From Bacteroidales bacterium (GTDB lineage Bacteria; Bacteroidota; Bacteroidia; Bacteroidales; UBA3663), in NCBI GenBank assembly GCA_045545875.1, contig JAZQBS010000123.1, positions 3,112 to 67,111 on the forward strand: DNA of 64,000 bases. Reading direction: 5' to 3'. The first letter of the stretch is position 1. Every line of letters starts with the position of its first letter. Positions 9,962-19,788 of the stretch are shown one piece after another. The notes below the pieces were generated by a model. It was not told the origin of the DNA, searched no databases, and saw only the letters and a program-made list of their open reading frames with translations. Made by a program: the position numbers and the translations under genes.

Positions 9962-11227
9962 TCACTGCTCAAGCCGACGATATCGAAGCACCGACTGATT
10001 CAGCTGAGCATAAAGGGAGAAAAGCGATTCCTCGGCCTGTTTGATCTTCGGAGCCAATGCTTTCTTATTTGCCGCCGAAGCCTTGGCATATTCCGAACGG
10101 AGGGAAGCAAGGTCAGTTTCCTTATCTGCTATCATCTGCGCCACTGCAACACTCCTTTGGTAAGCTTTGAGGGCATCTGAATTACGGAACTGATCTTCGC
10201 TGGTATAGACCTTGTTATCGTTGATGATGATATGCAATCTGGTATCCTCCACAATCTCCTGAGGAGCTTCTTTCAGTTCGGCGATGAGCGAGGCATAGCC
10301 TCCTTCTTCGCGCCAAGTCTCGGCGATATCGTCGATGCGGGCACGACTTGGAGTCGGCTCGTCAAGATAGACCGGGTCCTCTTCGAGCAGGAAGAGATAA
10401 ATCGTCACGCTGTCGGTCGGTGCATTGCGATTGGTAGCCCACCATCCCACCTGATGTGTCTCGTCGATGGCCATCATGTAGTCATCGTAGGGCGAATTGA
10501 ACGGCATGCCCAGACGTTCAGGTTCGTAATAAGCATTAACTTCGGCATTGAAGGTAGTGCGGTAGATGTCGAATCCTCCCATACCGGGAATGCTGTCGGA
10601 AGCAAAGTAGAGCGTCTCGCCATCGGATCGAAGGAAGGGGGTAATGATCGAGAATCGTTCGGAGCCGATGCCATTGATCGGATGACGCTCGTCCCACTGA
10701 CCTTGGAACTTGTGACGATCTTCAAGGCCAGAACCTGTGCTGAAGATCTGATAATCGGCAGCAAGATTCTCGAAATACGGCTCACCCCCGTCACTTTGTA
10801 TGCGTCCAGCCTCCGAACCCAAGCGATAATAGGTAAAGAAATCATCCTTAGAAGCGCGCAAACTGTCGATAATGACCACATCCTGACAGTGATCGTAGGC
10901 ACGCTGTCCGATTTGCAGGACCGTCATCAGACTGTCGGCACGATTGAGCCACTCGGCAGAAGACAGGGCAGGCAAATAACTCTCGAGTGCCTCGACAGCA
11001 CCATCGAAATCGTAGAGATGCTGTTTGACAATAGCCAGATACCACAATGCTCCCGATCGCGGATTCTGCCTGATGGCCTTTTCCAGAAATGGCTTGGCCT
11101 CGCGATATCTGCCCAATTGGCACAGTCGCTTACCTTCGGCCTTGTAATCGACGCGTGGTGCTGCCTGCGCCTGCGCGAAGGCCGACAAAAACAAGATAAA
11201 AAATAAAAAATGTATGTATTTTTTCAT
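9962..11227 (-). CDS. Secreted TPR + PD40-like propeller-repeat protein
   Basis: Signal peptide from MKKYIHF, TPR (LGRYREAKPFLEKA), PD40-like DGETLYFASD..GMGGFDIY and LGMPFNSPYDDY, C-terminal coiled coil. Confidence 0.75.
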   Translation of the reverse strand: MKKYIHFLFFILFLSAFAQAQAAPRVDYKAEGKRLCQLGRYREAKPFLEKAIRQNPRSGALWYLAIVKQHLYDFDGAVEALESYLPALSSAEWLNRADSLMTVLQIGQRAYDHCQDVVIIDSLRASKDDFFTYYRLGSEAGRIQSDGGEPYFENLAADYQIFSTGSGLEDRHKFQGQWDERHPINGIGSERFSIITPFLRSDGETLYFASDSIPGMGGFDIYRTTFNAEVNAYYEPERLGMPFNSPYDDYMMAIDETHQVGWWATNRNAPTDSVTIYLFLLEEDPVYLDEPTPSRARIDDIAETWREEGGYASLIAELKEAPQEIVEDTRLHIIINDNKVYTSEDQFRNSDALKAYQRSVAVAQMIADKETDLASLRSEYAKASAANKKALAPKIKQAEESLFSLYAQLNQSVLRYRRLEQ

Positions 11228-11410
11228 CGATGTCTGCATTTTAGACTGCAAAAATAACTACTTTTTCGCAAAAATACTACTTTTCAGTTAAGAATTTCAC
11301 TATTTTACCTTTTTTTTTGTAAAAAAAGAGCAATTTGTGCGAAAAACTAAGTATCTTTGCACCAAATTTCGTTTATTTTCTGGCAAAGCCAGCCTACTAA
11401 TCCTCAGATT

Positions 11411-12160
11411 ATGTCACAAAACGAGTCTGAACGTTGTCTTGTTATTATTCCAACGTACAACGAAAAGGAAAATATTGAAAATATCGTTCGCTATGTATTC
11501 AAGTTAAGCGAACCATTCCACATATTGGTCATCGACGATGGTTCGCCCGATGGCACTGCCGCTATTGTCAAATCGTTGCAAACCGAGTTCCCCGAAAGAC
11601 TGTTCATGATCGAACGCGAAGGAAAAATGGGACTCGGCACTGCCTATCTCACTGGTTTCCGCTGGAGTCTGGAGCACAACTACGACTACACCTTCGAAAT
11701 GGATGCCGACTTCAGCCACAATCCCGATGATCTGCTGCGTCTGCTGGCCGCCTGCCGGGATGAAGGTGCCGACATGTCGATCGGTTCGCGCTATGTAAGC
11801 GGCGTAAATGTTGTAAACTGGCCCATGGACCGTGTGCTGATGTCGTATTTTGCATCGAAGTATGTGCGCATCATCACCGGTATGGACATTCACGACACCA
11901 CAGCGGGCTTCGTCTGCTACAAGCGTCGCCTGCTTGAGAAAATGGAACTTGACAAGATCCGTTTCCGCGGCTATGCCTTCCAGATTGAGATGAAGTTCAC
12001 GGCCATGAAGATGGGTGCCAAGATTATCGAAGTGCCAATCATCTTCACCAATCGCGTGCTAGGCACCTCGAAGATGTCGGGCGGAATATTCTCGGAAGCA
12101 GTTTTCGGCGTCATCAAACTTAAGGTCAGCTCATGGACGAGAATATATCCAAAGTTATAA
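11411..12160 (+). CDS. Polyprenol monophosphomannose synthase-like GT2 glycosyltransferase
   Basis: IIPTYNEKENI, IDDGSPDGT, GLGTAYLTGF, EMDADFSH, GSRY; start moved to MSQNES at 11411. Confidence 0.92.
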   Translation: MSQNESERCLVIIPTYNEKENIENIVRYVFKLSEPFHILVIDDGSPDGTAAIVKSLQTEFPERLFMIEREGKMGLGTAYLTGFRWSLEHNYDYTFEMDADFSHNPDDLLRLLAACRDEGADMSIGSRYVSGVNVVNWPMDRVLMSYFASKYVRIITGMDIHDTTAGFVCYKRRLLEKMELDKIRFRGYAFQIEMKFTAMKMGAKIIEVPIIFTNRVLGTSKMSGGIFSEAVFGVIKLKVSSWTRIYPKL

Positions 12161-13419
12161 GCGACGTCAACATCTTTACCGAGGGACGCCTGGTGCACGG
12201 CAATTTGGTCGTCGGAGCTGATGGACGTATCGCGGAGATTCAGGAGACTCCTTGCACAAAGGAATCCTCGTGCTGGCTCCTCCCCGGCGTCATCGATGCG
12301 CACGTCCACTTCCGTGAGCCGGGATTGACCCAAAAGGCCGACATTGCAAGCGAAAGCCGGGCGGCAGCAGCAGGCGGCGTGACCTATGTGCTCGACATGC
12401 CCAACGTCAAGCCCACCACCACCTCTCCCGAAGCGCTCGCCGAGAAGCATCGTCTCTTCAAAGAGAAATGCATCGTCAATTACGGACTGTGGTACGGCAT
12501 CACTGTCAACAATATCGACGAGGCACTTGCCCTCTACGGCCAGCCCGACTCACCACATCGTGACGAGATTTGCGGATTCAAGGTCTTCCTCGGATCCTCG
12601 ACCGGAGGCATGCTGATGAACGACCAGCAGAAACTGCGCCAACTCTTTGCCGGCACACAGCGTGTCGTCGGCATCCATTCCGAGAGCGAAGACATCATCC
12701 GCCAAAATGCCGACCATTATCGAGAGATGTTTACCGGGCAGGAAGTGCCCGTGGAGTATCATCCCAAGATCCGCAGCACCGAAGCATGCATGGCGACTAC
12801 ACGCATGGCTGTAGATCTTGCCAAGGAGACGGGCGCACAACTACACGTCTGCCACATCACCACTGCCGACGAACTCCAGCTGATGGGCGAGACACCAAAC
12901 ATCACCGGCGAAGTTTGTGTATCCCATCTATGGTTCTGCGACGAGGATTATCAGCGACTGGGCACACGCATCAAGTGCAATCCAGCCGTCAAGACTGTCC
13001 AGGACCGCGAAGCCCTTCGCCGAGGGTTGACCGACGGACGCATCTTCAGCATCGCCACCGACCATGCCCCACATCTCATGAGCGATAAGCAGGGAGGAGC
13101 ATTGCGTGCTGCCAGCGGCATGCCAAGCATACAATTCAGTCTGCTGGCCATGCTCGAACTGTGCAAGCAAGGCGTGTTACCTTTGAACAAGGTTGTGGAA
13201 CTGATGTGCCAGCATCCCGCTGAACGTTTCGGCCTTACGGGTCGCGGAGAGATACGTGTGGGCAATTATGCTGACCTTGTCCTCGTCGATCCGAATGCTA
13301 CGACCACTGTCAGCAAAGAGAACATCCTGAGCAAATGCGGATGGAGTCCATTCGAGGGCACAACTTTCAGCCACCGCATCCTTGCCACCTGGGTCAACGG
13401 GGAAAAGGTTAATTATTAA
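12133..13419 (+). CDS. pyrC: Dihydroorotase
   Basis: PGVIDAHVHFREPG, DMPN, KVFLGSSTG, KCNPAVK, ATDHAPH, SKCGWSPFEG. Confidence 0.93.
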   Translation: MDENISKVISDVNIFTEGRLVHGNLVVGADGRIAEIQETPCTKESSCWLLPGVIDAHVHFREPGLTQKADIASESRAAAAGGVTYVLDMPNVKPTTTSPEALAEKHRLFKEKCIVNYGLWYGITVNNIDEALALYGQPDSPHRDEICGFKVFLGSSTGGMLMNDQQKLRQLFAGTQRVVGIHSESEDIIRQNADHYREMFTGQEVPVEYHPKIRSTEACMATTRMAVDLAKETGAQLHVCHITTADELQLMGETPNITGEVCVSHLWFCDEDYQRLGTRIKCNPAVKTVQDREALRRGLTDGRIFSIATDHAPHLMSDKQGGALRAASGMPSIQFSLLAMLELCKQGVLPLNKVVELMCQHPAERFGLTGRGEIRVGNYADLVLVDPNATTTVSKENILSKCGWSPFEGTTFSHRILATWVNGEKVNY

Positions 13420-13443
13420 TTGTTAATTGTTAATTATTAATTG
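13409..13443 (+). repeat. Five tandem heptamers TTAATT(A/G)
   Basis: ttaatta ttaattg ttaattg ttaatta ttaattg; contains the pyrC stop and ends 3 nt before the next ATG. Confidence 0.9.
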
Positions 13444-13446
13444 ACA

Positions 13447-14277
13447 ATGGCTTACGAAGCAAGACTAATCAATGTCGAGGAGGCTATCAAGCAAAAGGCC
13501 CCCAAGCAATATCCCAAGATACCGAGGTGGCTGTTCAAGTTCACCGCATGGCTCATCTGTCAGAAGGAGATGAACGAAACCATCACCGCCCTGAAGGACA
13601 AGGAGGGTGTCGATTTCGCCGAAGGCATGTGCAAGCGCCTCAACGTAAAGTACAATCTCCATGGTATGGAGAATATCCCGGAAGAGGGACGTTTCGTATT
13701 TGTCAGCAACCATCCTCTTGGCGCTTTCGACGGAATCTCCTACATCAACGTCCTCGGTCACAAGTTCCCCAAGTTCAAGGTCATCGTCAACGACTTGCTG
13801 ATGTATATCGTAGGCTTGCAACCCGTCTTCCTTCCTGTCAACACCTTAGGTCGTCAGAAACGCGAGGATATGGAAGCCATCGACAAGGCATATAATGACC
13901 TCGATATGCAGCTGCTGAACTTCCCTGCAGGCTTCTGCAGCCGATACATCGACGGCAAGATACAGGATGTGGAGTGGAAGAAGTCGGTCATCACCCAAGC
14001 TGTGGAAAGCCAGCGCGACATCATCCCTATGCACTTCGAGGGACGAAATTCCTTCACCTTCTACTTCGTGGAATGGCTTCGACGCAAATTGGGAATGAAG
14101 TTCAACATCGGCCTCATCCTTTTGCCCTGGCAGATGATGAAGACCGCCAAGAACAAGACTTTCACTATCACCGTAGGCAAGCCCATACCTTGGCAAACCT
14201 TCACCGACAAGTCCAAAAGCCCGACAGAATGGGCACAATGGCTGCGTGAACAAAGTTATTTATTAGCAAAAAAATAA
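13447..14277 (+). CDS. PlsC-like O-acyltransferase (GlsA/ChoB-like, glycine lipid synthesis)
   Basis: SNHPLGAFDG (HX4D) and FPAG motifs; paired with a downstream GNAT N-acyltransferase. Confidence 0.8.
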   Translation: MAYEARLINVEEAIKQKAPKQYPKIPRWLFKFTAWLICQKEMNETITALKDKEGVDFAEGMCKRLNVKYNLHGMENIPEEGRFVFVSNHPLGAFDGISYINVLGHKFPKFKVIVNDLLMYIVGLQPVFLPVNTLGRQKREDMEAIDKAYNDLDMQLLNFPAGFCSRYIDGKIQDVEWKKSVITQAVESQRDIIPMHFEGRNSFTFYFVEWLRRKLGMKFNIGLILLPWQMMKTAKNKTFTITVGKPIPWQTFTDKSKSPTEWAQWLREQSYLLAKK

Positions 14278-14278
14278 A

Positions 14279-14347
14279 GACTCCGAATACTCAGAGTACT
14301 CCGAATACTCCGATTACTCTGTATACTCCGACAATTCCGACAACTCA
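14279..14347. repeat. 9-bp TACTCCGAA-type micro-repeat tract (about 7-8 degenerate units)
   Basis: gactccgaa tactcagag tactccgaa tactccgat tactctgta tactccgac aattccgac aactca. Confidence 0.85.
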
Positions 14348-14357
14348 TAATTATCTC

Positions 14358-15290
14358 ATGGAACAACCCATCATAGCTCCTATCGACAAAGCGATTCTCA
14401 AAGAAGAGCTGGCTAACAAGGCGACCCTTTTGCGTCATGCACGCAAGGGAGGGACCGACATCTATATCTTCAATGGCAACGAGTGTCCCAACCTGATGCG
14501 CGAAGTGGGCCGACTGCGTGAAATCGTCTTCCGCGAAGCCGGAGGCGGCACGGGTCTCGAATGTGATGTCGATCATTACGACTATATGGAGACGCCCTAT
14601 ATGCAGCTCATCGTCTGGGAGCCGAAAGAAGAAGCCATCCTCGGCGGTTATCGCTATATCTATGGCCCTGACATTCGATTTGACGAAAAGGGACAGCCTA
14701 TCCTTGCCACCAGTCATATGTATTATTACTCCGACAAGTTCATTCGCGAGTATCTGCCTCACATGATGGAGCTAGGTCGTTCGTTTGTGATTGTCGATCG
14801 CCAATCGAGCCGCAGTGGTGCACGCAGTCTCTTCACCCTCGACAATCTTTGGGACGGCCTGGGTGCGCTCGCAGTTACGTTGAAAGGTTGCAAGTACTAC
14901 TATGGCAAGTTCACCATGTACCCAACCTTCCCGGAGCATGGCCGCAATATGATCCTATATTTCCAGAAAAAATATTTCCCCGATCCCGATCACCTCGTTT
15001 ATCCATATCACCCTCTTGAGACCAACACCGACATCGAGGCTATGGCCAAACTCTTCTGCAAGGACAACTTCCACGATGATTACAAGATTCTCAACTGCGA
15101 GGTGAGAAAGCTCGGCATCAATATCCCGCCACTGGTCAACGCATACATGCTGCTAAGTCCCACGATGAAAACTTTCGGCACCGCCATCAACGATGAATTC
15201 GGCGATGTCGAAGAGTCGGGCATTCTTATCACCATCGATGACATCTTCCAGGACAAGCACGAACGGTATATTGATTCGTTCGAGGGATAA
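14358..15290 (+). CDS. GNAT-fold N-acyltransferase (GlsB/ChoA/OlsB-like)
   Basis: REVGRLREIVFREAGGGTG, ILGGYRY, ELGRSFV, LDNLWDGLG, IPPLVNAYM, FGDVEESGI. Confidence 0.85.
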   Translation: MEQPIIAPIDKAILKEELANKATLLRHARKGGTDIYIFNGNECPNLMREVGRLREIVFREAGGGTGLECDVDHYDYMETPYMQLIVWEPKEEAILGGYRYIYGPDIRFDEKGQPILATSHMYYYSDKFIREYLPHMMELGRSFVIVDRQSSRSGARSLFTLDNLWDGLGALAVTLKGCKYYYGKFTMYPTFPEHGRNMILYFQKKYFPDPDHLVYPYHPLETNTDIEAMAKLFCKDNFHDDYKILNCEVRKLGINIPPLVNAYMLLSPTMKTFGTAINDEFGDVEESGILITIDDIFQDKHERYIDSFEG

Positions 15291-15292
15291 GG

Positions 15293-15919
15293 TTATATGA
15301 GTCCCTGTTCCACCTGGATGCAAACGTCCTCGAGTTCCTTGTCCTTGCCATCCGGCTCCCACTGAGCCTTCAGACTCACACCAAAGAATTTGCCAAACAT
15401 ATTCCAAAAGAAGGCACGACGTTTGCCCAAGAACTCTCGGATGATGTAATACGTCTGTTTGTCACATTCGCGATCCACCAGACGCACCAACAATTTGCCT
15501 TGACGATAATTCAATCGCTTCAGTCGGGGCTTGTATTGGGCAAACAGGTTCTTTTCCAACTGCTTGAAATAGACTTTCTGCTCTGTTTCTGTCATACGCT
15601 CCATGTCGAAATAGGCCTGCGTCATAAGCCTGCGGGCATCTTTGGCTATCGGGAGCGTCTTCTTCACATCGTAAACCATACGTAGAAACTCCTTCTCGTG
15701 CTTCTTGTCACGAAAGTGCTTCTTCGTGAAGCAATAGACATCCTTCAACTGAACCACGGCAATAGTATCTCCCGTCAGCAAATCAATTTCCGCCTGATAT
15801 TGATGTTCGGCAAGGACAATGATTTCCTGTGCCGCAACCCTTGTGGGATACGACAAGCCGAGTGCCACCAGAAGCATCATCAGCAGAGAGAACGAGTATG
15901 TACGACAGATACTGGTCAT
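15293..15919 (-). CDS. Conserved Bacteroidetes protein (DUF4294-like)
   Basis: Signal-like N-terminus, VKKTLPIAK, QGKLLVRLVDRE, AFFW..FG..FGVSLK. Confidence 0.7.
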   Translation of the reverse strand: MTSICRTYSFSLLMMLLVALGLSYPTRVAAQEIIVLAEHQYQAEIDLLTGDTIAVVQLKDVYCFTKKHFRDKKHEKEFLRMVYDVKKTLPIAKDARRLMTQAYFDMERMTETEQKVYFKQLEKNLFAQYKPRLKRLNYRQGKLLVRLVDRECDKQTYYIIREFLGKRRAFFWNMFGKFFGVSLKAQWEPDGKDKELEDVCIQVEQGLI

Positions 15920-15955
15920 TTTGCGCTGCAAAGATAAAGCAAAAAAATCAAATTC

Positions 15956-17851
15956 ATGCAAAATAAGTCCTATCTTTTGCTTTTTTTATGTATTTACTGG
16001 TGTTTCCCGCCCATTTTAGGGCAGGAAATTGCAATTTTGACACAGGATAATACTACCGAAGAGCAACAAAAGGACTTGAACCTCGATTGGCAGGAACAGA
16101 TTCTACAACAGATTGACATCGATAATCTGGGCGATGCCGCCTATAGCGAACTTCTCGACGAACTGAGCGACCTCGTGGTCTGGAGCGACACCACGGCATC
16201 TTCGCTCATGCAAGGGCGACTAAGACAAAACGTCATCGTGAGCAGCAACCGCACCCTGAACCAACGCGCGGGATATAGTGAGCAGACGACAGGACGTCAG
16301 TCGATGAACAAGGCATATCTCGGCGACCCGTGGCATCATAGCCTTCGCTACCGGATGCAGCTCGGCAAACATTGGCAGGCCGGCCTCAATATGGAGAAGG
16401 ACGCAGGCGAGGCCTGGAGACACCAGTTTCCCGCTTTCGACAGTTGGCATGCCTTTGTGCGAGCCAAGGATGTTCGTATTGCCTCAAATCTCAAACTGCA
16501 AGATGCCGTGGTCGGACATTACCGGCTTCGAATGGGTTGCGGATTGCTCATCAACCAAGGTTTCTCACTTGGTAAACAATACCTGAGTCGTCAACTGACG
16601 CAACAACGCAGCAACACAATCACACCTTTTGCATCCAATGCCGAATACGCCTATATGCAAGGCGCAGCAATGGATCTTCGTGCGGGCAATCACTTCTCTC
16701 TGCTGCCCTACTTTTCGGCACGACAGATCGACGGCACTTACCACAGCGACCGACGTGTCCTCACTGCACTACAGACCGATGGATTCCATCGGACCCAGAC
16801 CGAAGATGGACATCGCCATGCCGCCTGGGAAATCGTCACGGGTGCTCGTCTGGGATTGCGTGGCGAATGGTACGATCTGGGAATACACGGAACTTATACC
16901 CAGCTACAATATGATTATTTGCGAAACAACCTGTATTACAACACCAATTATTTCAGGGGACATCAACTCGCACAATTCTCGGCTGATTACACTGTAAGAG
17001 CCCTGGGTGGATTCCTCCGTGGAGAATTTGCGATGGATGACAAGGGAGCCATTGCAAACCTGACTGCCCTGCAATATAAACTGACCGACAACTGGGTTTC
17101 CACACTTCTCTATCGCTACTATGACCTAAAATATCGGCAACTCCATGGCTCCGCTCTAGGCGAAAACAGCGAAATGCAAGGCGAACAGGGTGTCACATTG
17201 AATATCGACGGACAACTCCTGGCGCATTGGCAATGGCAGAGCATGCTCGACTACTTCTGGTTCGGACAGCCGCAATACGGCATTCGCGACACTCATTCGC
17301 AAGGATTGGAGGGTATGGTTCGTCTGCTCTATACTCACCGCAAGGTAAATGGAACTTTGGGCTATCGCATCAAACAAAAGGCGGATTATATCCGACACTC
17401 TTTCGATGGCATACTCAGCATCCAACCCTTCGAATCGTTCACCAGCAAGACACAACTTCGCACACGAATTCATAACAAGAAAGAGAATGGCAAGGCCACC
17501 AATTCCTTTGGCTATGCAGTAAGCCAATCCTTCGTATGGAACTGCAAGATTTGGAAAAGCTGTCCCTTCTCGCTCGTCGGACAAGCCTGCTATTTCCATA
17601 CCGACGATTACAATAGCCGAATCTACCTCACCGAGAAAGCCATCCTTTATGGCTTCGGCCTGCCCATGCTCTACGGCGAAGGGTTGCGCTACAGCGTGAC
17701 AGGAACCATAAAAATAGGCCCACATATAAACGTGGACCTGAAATGGGCAATGACAAACTATGCGAATCGAGCCACCATCAGCAGCGGACTGCAGGAAATC
17801 GAAGGCAATAACCAACAGGACCTTTGGCTGCAACTGAGGCTGAAAATCTAG
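15956..17851 (+). CDS. Putative outer-membrane beta-barrel protein of the Bacteroidetes 'helix-hairpin-helix domain' family
   Basis: Signal peptide, YLGDP, EKDAGE, VGHYRLRMGCGL, ALQTDGFHRT, YGEGLR, terminal LWLQLRLKI beta-strand. Confidence 0.65.
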   Translation: MQNKSYLLLFLCIYWCFPPILGQEIAILTQDNTTEEQQKDLNLDWQEQILQQIDIDNLGDAAYSELLDELSDLVVWSDTTASSLMQGRLRQNVIVSSNRTLNQRAGYSEQTTGRQSMNKAYLGDPWHHSLRYRMQLGKHWQAGLNMEKDAGEAWRHQFPAFDSWHAFVRAKDVRIASNLKLQDAVVGHYRLRMGCGLLINQGFSLGKQYLSRQLTQQRSNTITPFASNAEYAYMQGAAMDLRAGNHFSLLPYFSARQIDGTYHSDRRVLTALQTDGFHRTQTEDGHRHAAWEIVTGARLGLRGEWYDLGIHGTYTQLQYDYLRNNLYYNTNYFRGHQLAQFSADYTVRALGGFLRGEFAMDDKGAIANLTALQYKLTDNWVSTLLYRYYDLKYRQLHGSALGENSEMQGEQGVTLNIDGQLLAHWQWQSMLDYFWFGQPQYGIRDTHSQGLEGMVRLLYTHRKVNGTLGYRIKQKADYIRHSFDGILSIQPFESFTSKTQLRTRIHNKKENGKATNSFGYAVSQSFVWNCKIWKSCPFSLVGQACYFHTDDYNSRIYLTEKAILYGFGLPMLYGEGLRYSVTGTIKIGPHINVDLKWAMTNYANRATISSGLQEIEGNNQQDLWLQLRLKI

Positions 17852-17915
17852 TCCATCTAAAACATCTAGAGCATCTAGAACATCTAGAGCATCTAGAATA
17901 TCTAAATTATCTAGA
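17848..17915. repeat. 9-bp (A/G)CATCTAGA micro-repeat tract between convergent genes
   Basis: catctaaaa catctagag catctagaa catctagag catctagaa tatctaaat tatctagat. Confidence 0.88.
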
Positions 17916-18647
17916 TGTCCTTTTCGTGATATACTGATTGAATTGTTCCTTGTAGGCTTCAGTGACGCGGATAATCTGTTCTCCGATATAGACACAATCG
18001 TTGCGATCGATGCTGCGAATATGACTCAGCGAAACAATATAGGAACGATTGATGCGCATGAAGCCCGCTTCGGGCAGCATCTCCTCAGCAGCCGTCATCG
18101 TCATGTGCGTGACGATGGGCTTGCGCTCTCCTTCGATAAAGAATTTCAGGTAATCCTTCATCCCTTCGACGTAAAGAATACGTGCAAGGGCAATCTGATG
18201 CAACTCGCCATCGGCACGCAGGAAGATGAAGTCATCCTCCTTGTTGCTTGGCTGCGACGGCTGGGAAGCTGAAGTTTTCGCGCTTTCCTTCATCGCAAAA
18301 TAGTTTCGAGCCTTCTCGATTGCTGCCTGAAACTTGATGTATCGGATAGGCTTGAGCAGGAAGTCAAGGGCATTGACCTCGTAACTCTCGAAAGCATAAT
18401 CCTTGAAAGCCGTGGTGAAGATGACACGGGTTCGTTCGGTATCGATAGCGTGCGCCAACTCCATCCCATTGAGGTCAGGCATCTGGATATCGAGGAAGAG
18501 CAAGTCCACCGGTTCACGAGCGAGCACATCCAATGCTTCGATGGAATCGGTGAAGGAGCCTTTCAGTTCCAAGTCGGCGATTCGTCCGACAAATGTTTCA
18601 AGCAACTTGACAGCCAATGGCTCGTCATCGACAATCATGCAGGTCAT
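17907..18647 (-). CDS. LytTR-family response regulator
   Basis: IVDDEPLA, LFLDIQMPDLNG, FTTA, LLKP, LytTR domain YVEGMKDY and FMRINRSYIV; start moved to MTCMIV. Confidence 0.95.
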   Translation of the reverse strand: MTCMIVDDEPLAVKLLETFVGRIADLELKGSFTDSIEALDVLAREPVDLLFLDIQMPDLNGMELAHAIDTERTRVIFTTAFKDYAFESYEVNALDFLLKPIRYIKFQAAIEKARNYFAMKESAKTSASQPSQPSNKEDDFIFLRADGELHQIALARILYVEGMKDYLKFFIEGERKPIVTHMTMTAAEEMLPEAGFMRINRSYIVSLSHIRSIDRNDCVYIGEQIIRVTEAYKEQFNQYITKRTSR

Positions 18648-19672
18648 ACAGTAATCTCTATCTTGATGCAATATTCTTCATTCTCTATCTTTTGCTCCCA
18701 AACATACTTGCCTGAATAACAGAGATCGAGGCGGCGACGGGTATTCTCAAGACCAATGCCCGAACCGCTATGGTCACTTTCCCCTTTCGGGAAATTGGTA
18801 TTGCGGCAATCGAACACAATCTTTCCATCGCCAGCATGCAACCTAACGCTAATGCGTGAAGGCTGATTGCTGCTCGTTCCGTGCTTGAAGGCATTCTCGA
18901 TAAACGAGACGAAAAGCAGCGGAGCAATCTGTTCGCGGCCTGTTCCAACCTGAAAGTCCTCGTTCACTTCGGTCTTGTCACTACAACGCAGCTTCATCAT
19001 AGCAATATAGTTCTGCATAAACTCCACCTCACCGGCAAGCGGGACAAGCGGCTTCTGGCTCTCATAAAGCGCATAACGCAAAAGGTCCGAAAGCTGCGCG
19101 ATGGCTTCCTGCGCCTGATCGGGGTCAATCTGCGTCAGAGAGGAGATGTTGTTGAGCGAATTGAAAAGGAAATGCGGGTTAAGTTGATTCTTGAGCCATA
19201 TCAGTTCGGCCTCAGTGCTCTTACGCTGTGCTTCTTCGAGTTCGAGTTGTCTGCGATGCGTACGGATATAACTACGATGCAGAATTGTTGTGGCTACAAC
19301 AATGATATCGAGCGAAATCAAAGCAGAAGTAAATGTGTTTTTTCCGATGACCATCATCTCGGGCAATTCTTCTATGTTCGAATGATCGAAACAGAAGAAA
19401 TGCAGATTGCTGATGGCTATGAATGCGAAGACAGCCAATACAAACCACACGTATCGACCGCGCTCGTAAAGACGAGGAATAAGCAGATAATAACTTACAA
19501 AGTAGAGAAATGCAAACGGCGATACCACCCATGCACCAGAAAACAGGTATATATTAATATTACCTACAGGATGAATAAGATACTGGACCACTGCGGGAGC
19601 CAGTATAATGAATATCCAGACCACAATCTGGAAGAAAAGCAAGATGATATCCTGACGACGATAACTATGCAT
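18644..19672 (-). CDS. LytS-family membrane sensor histidine kinase
   Basis: About 4 TM segments, LKNQLNPHFLFNSLNNI, FIENAFKHG, GSGIGLEN. Confidence 0.93.
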   Translation of the reverse strand: MHSYRRQDIILLFFQIVVWIFIILAPAVVQYLIHPVGNINIYLFSGAWVVSPFAFLYFVSYYLLIPRLYERGRYVWFVLAVFAFIAISNLHFFCFDHSNIEELPEMMVIGKNTFTSALISLDIIVVATTILHRSYIRTHRRQLELEEAQRKSTEAELIWLKNQLNPHFLFNSLNNISSLTQIDPDQAQEAIAQLSDLLRYALYESQKPLVPLAGEVEFMQNYIAMMKLRCSDKTEVNEDFQVGTGREQIAPLLFVSFIENAFKHGTSSNQPSRISVRLHAGDGKIVFDCRNTNFPKGESDHSGSGIGLENTRRRLDLCYSGKYVWEQKIENEEYCIKIEITV

Positions 19673-19788
19673 AGGAGAGGTGACTTTTATAGTATAACGT
19701 AGAACCGCTGCAAATATTATGTCAGAGACATAAATAATAGGGGAAAAGAGCCCCGATGCATCGCGCACCAAGGCTCCAATCTACTCAA

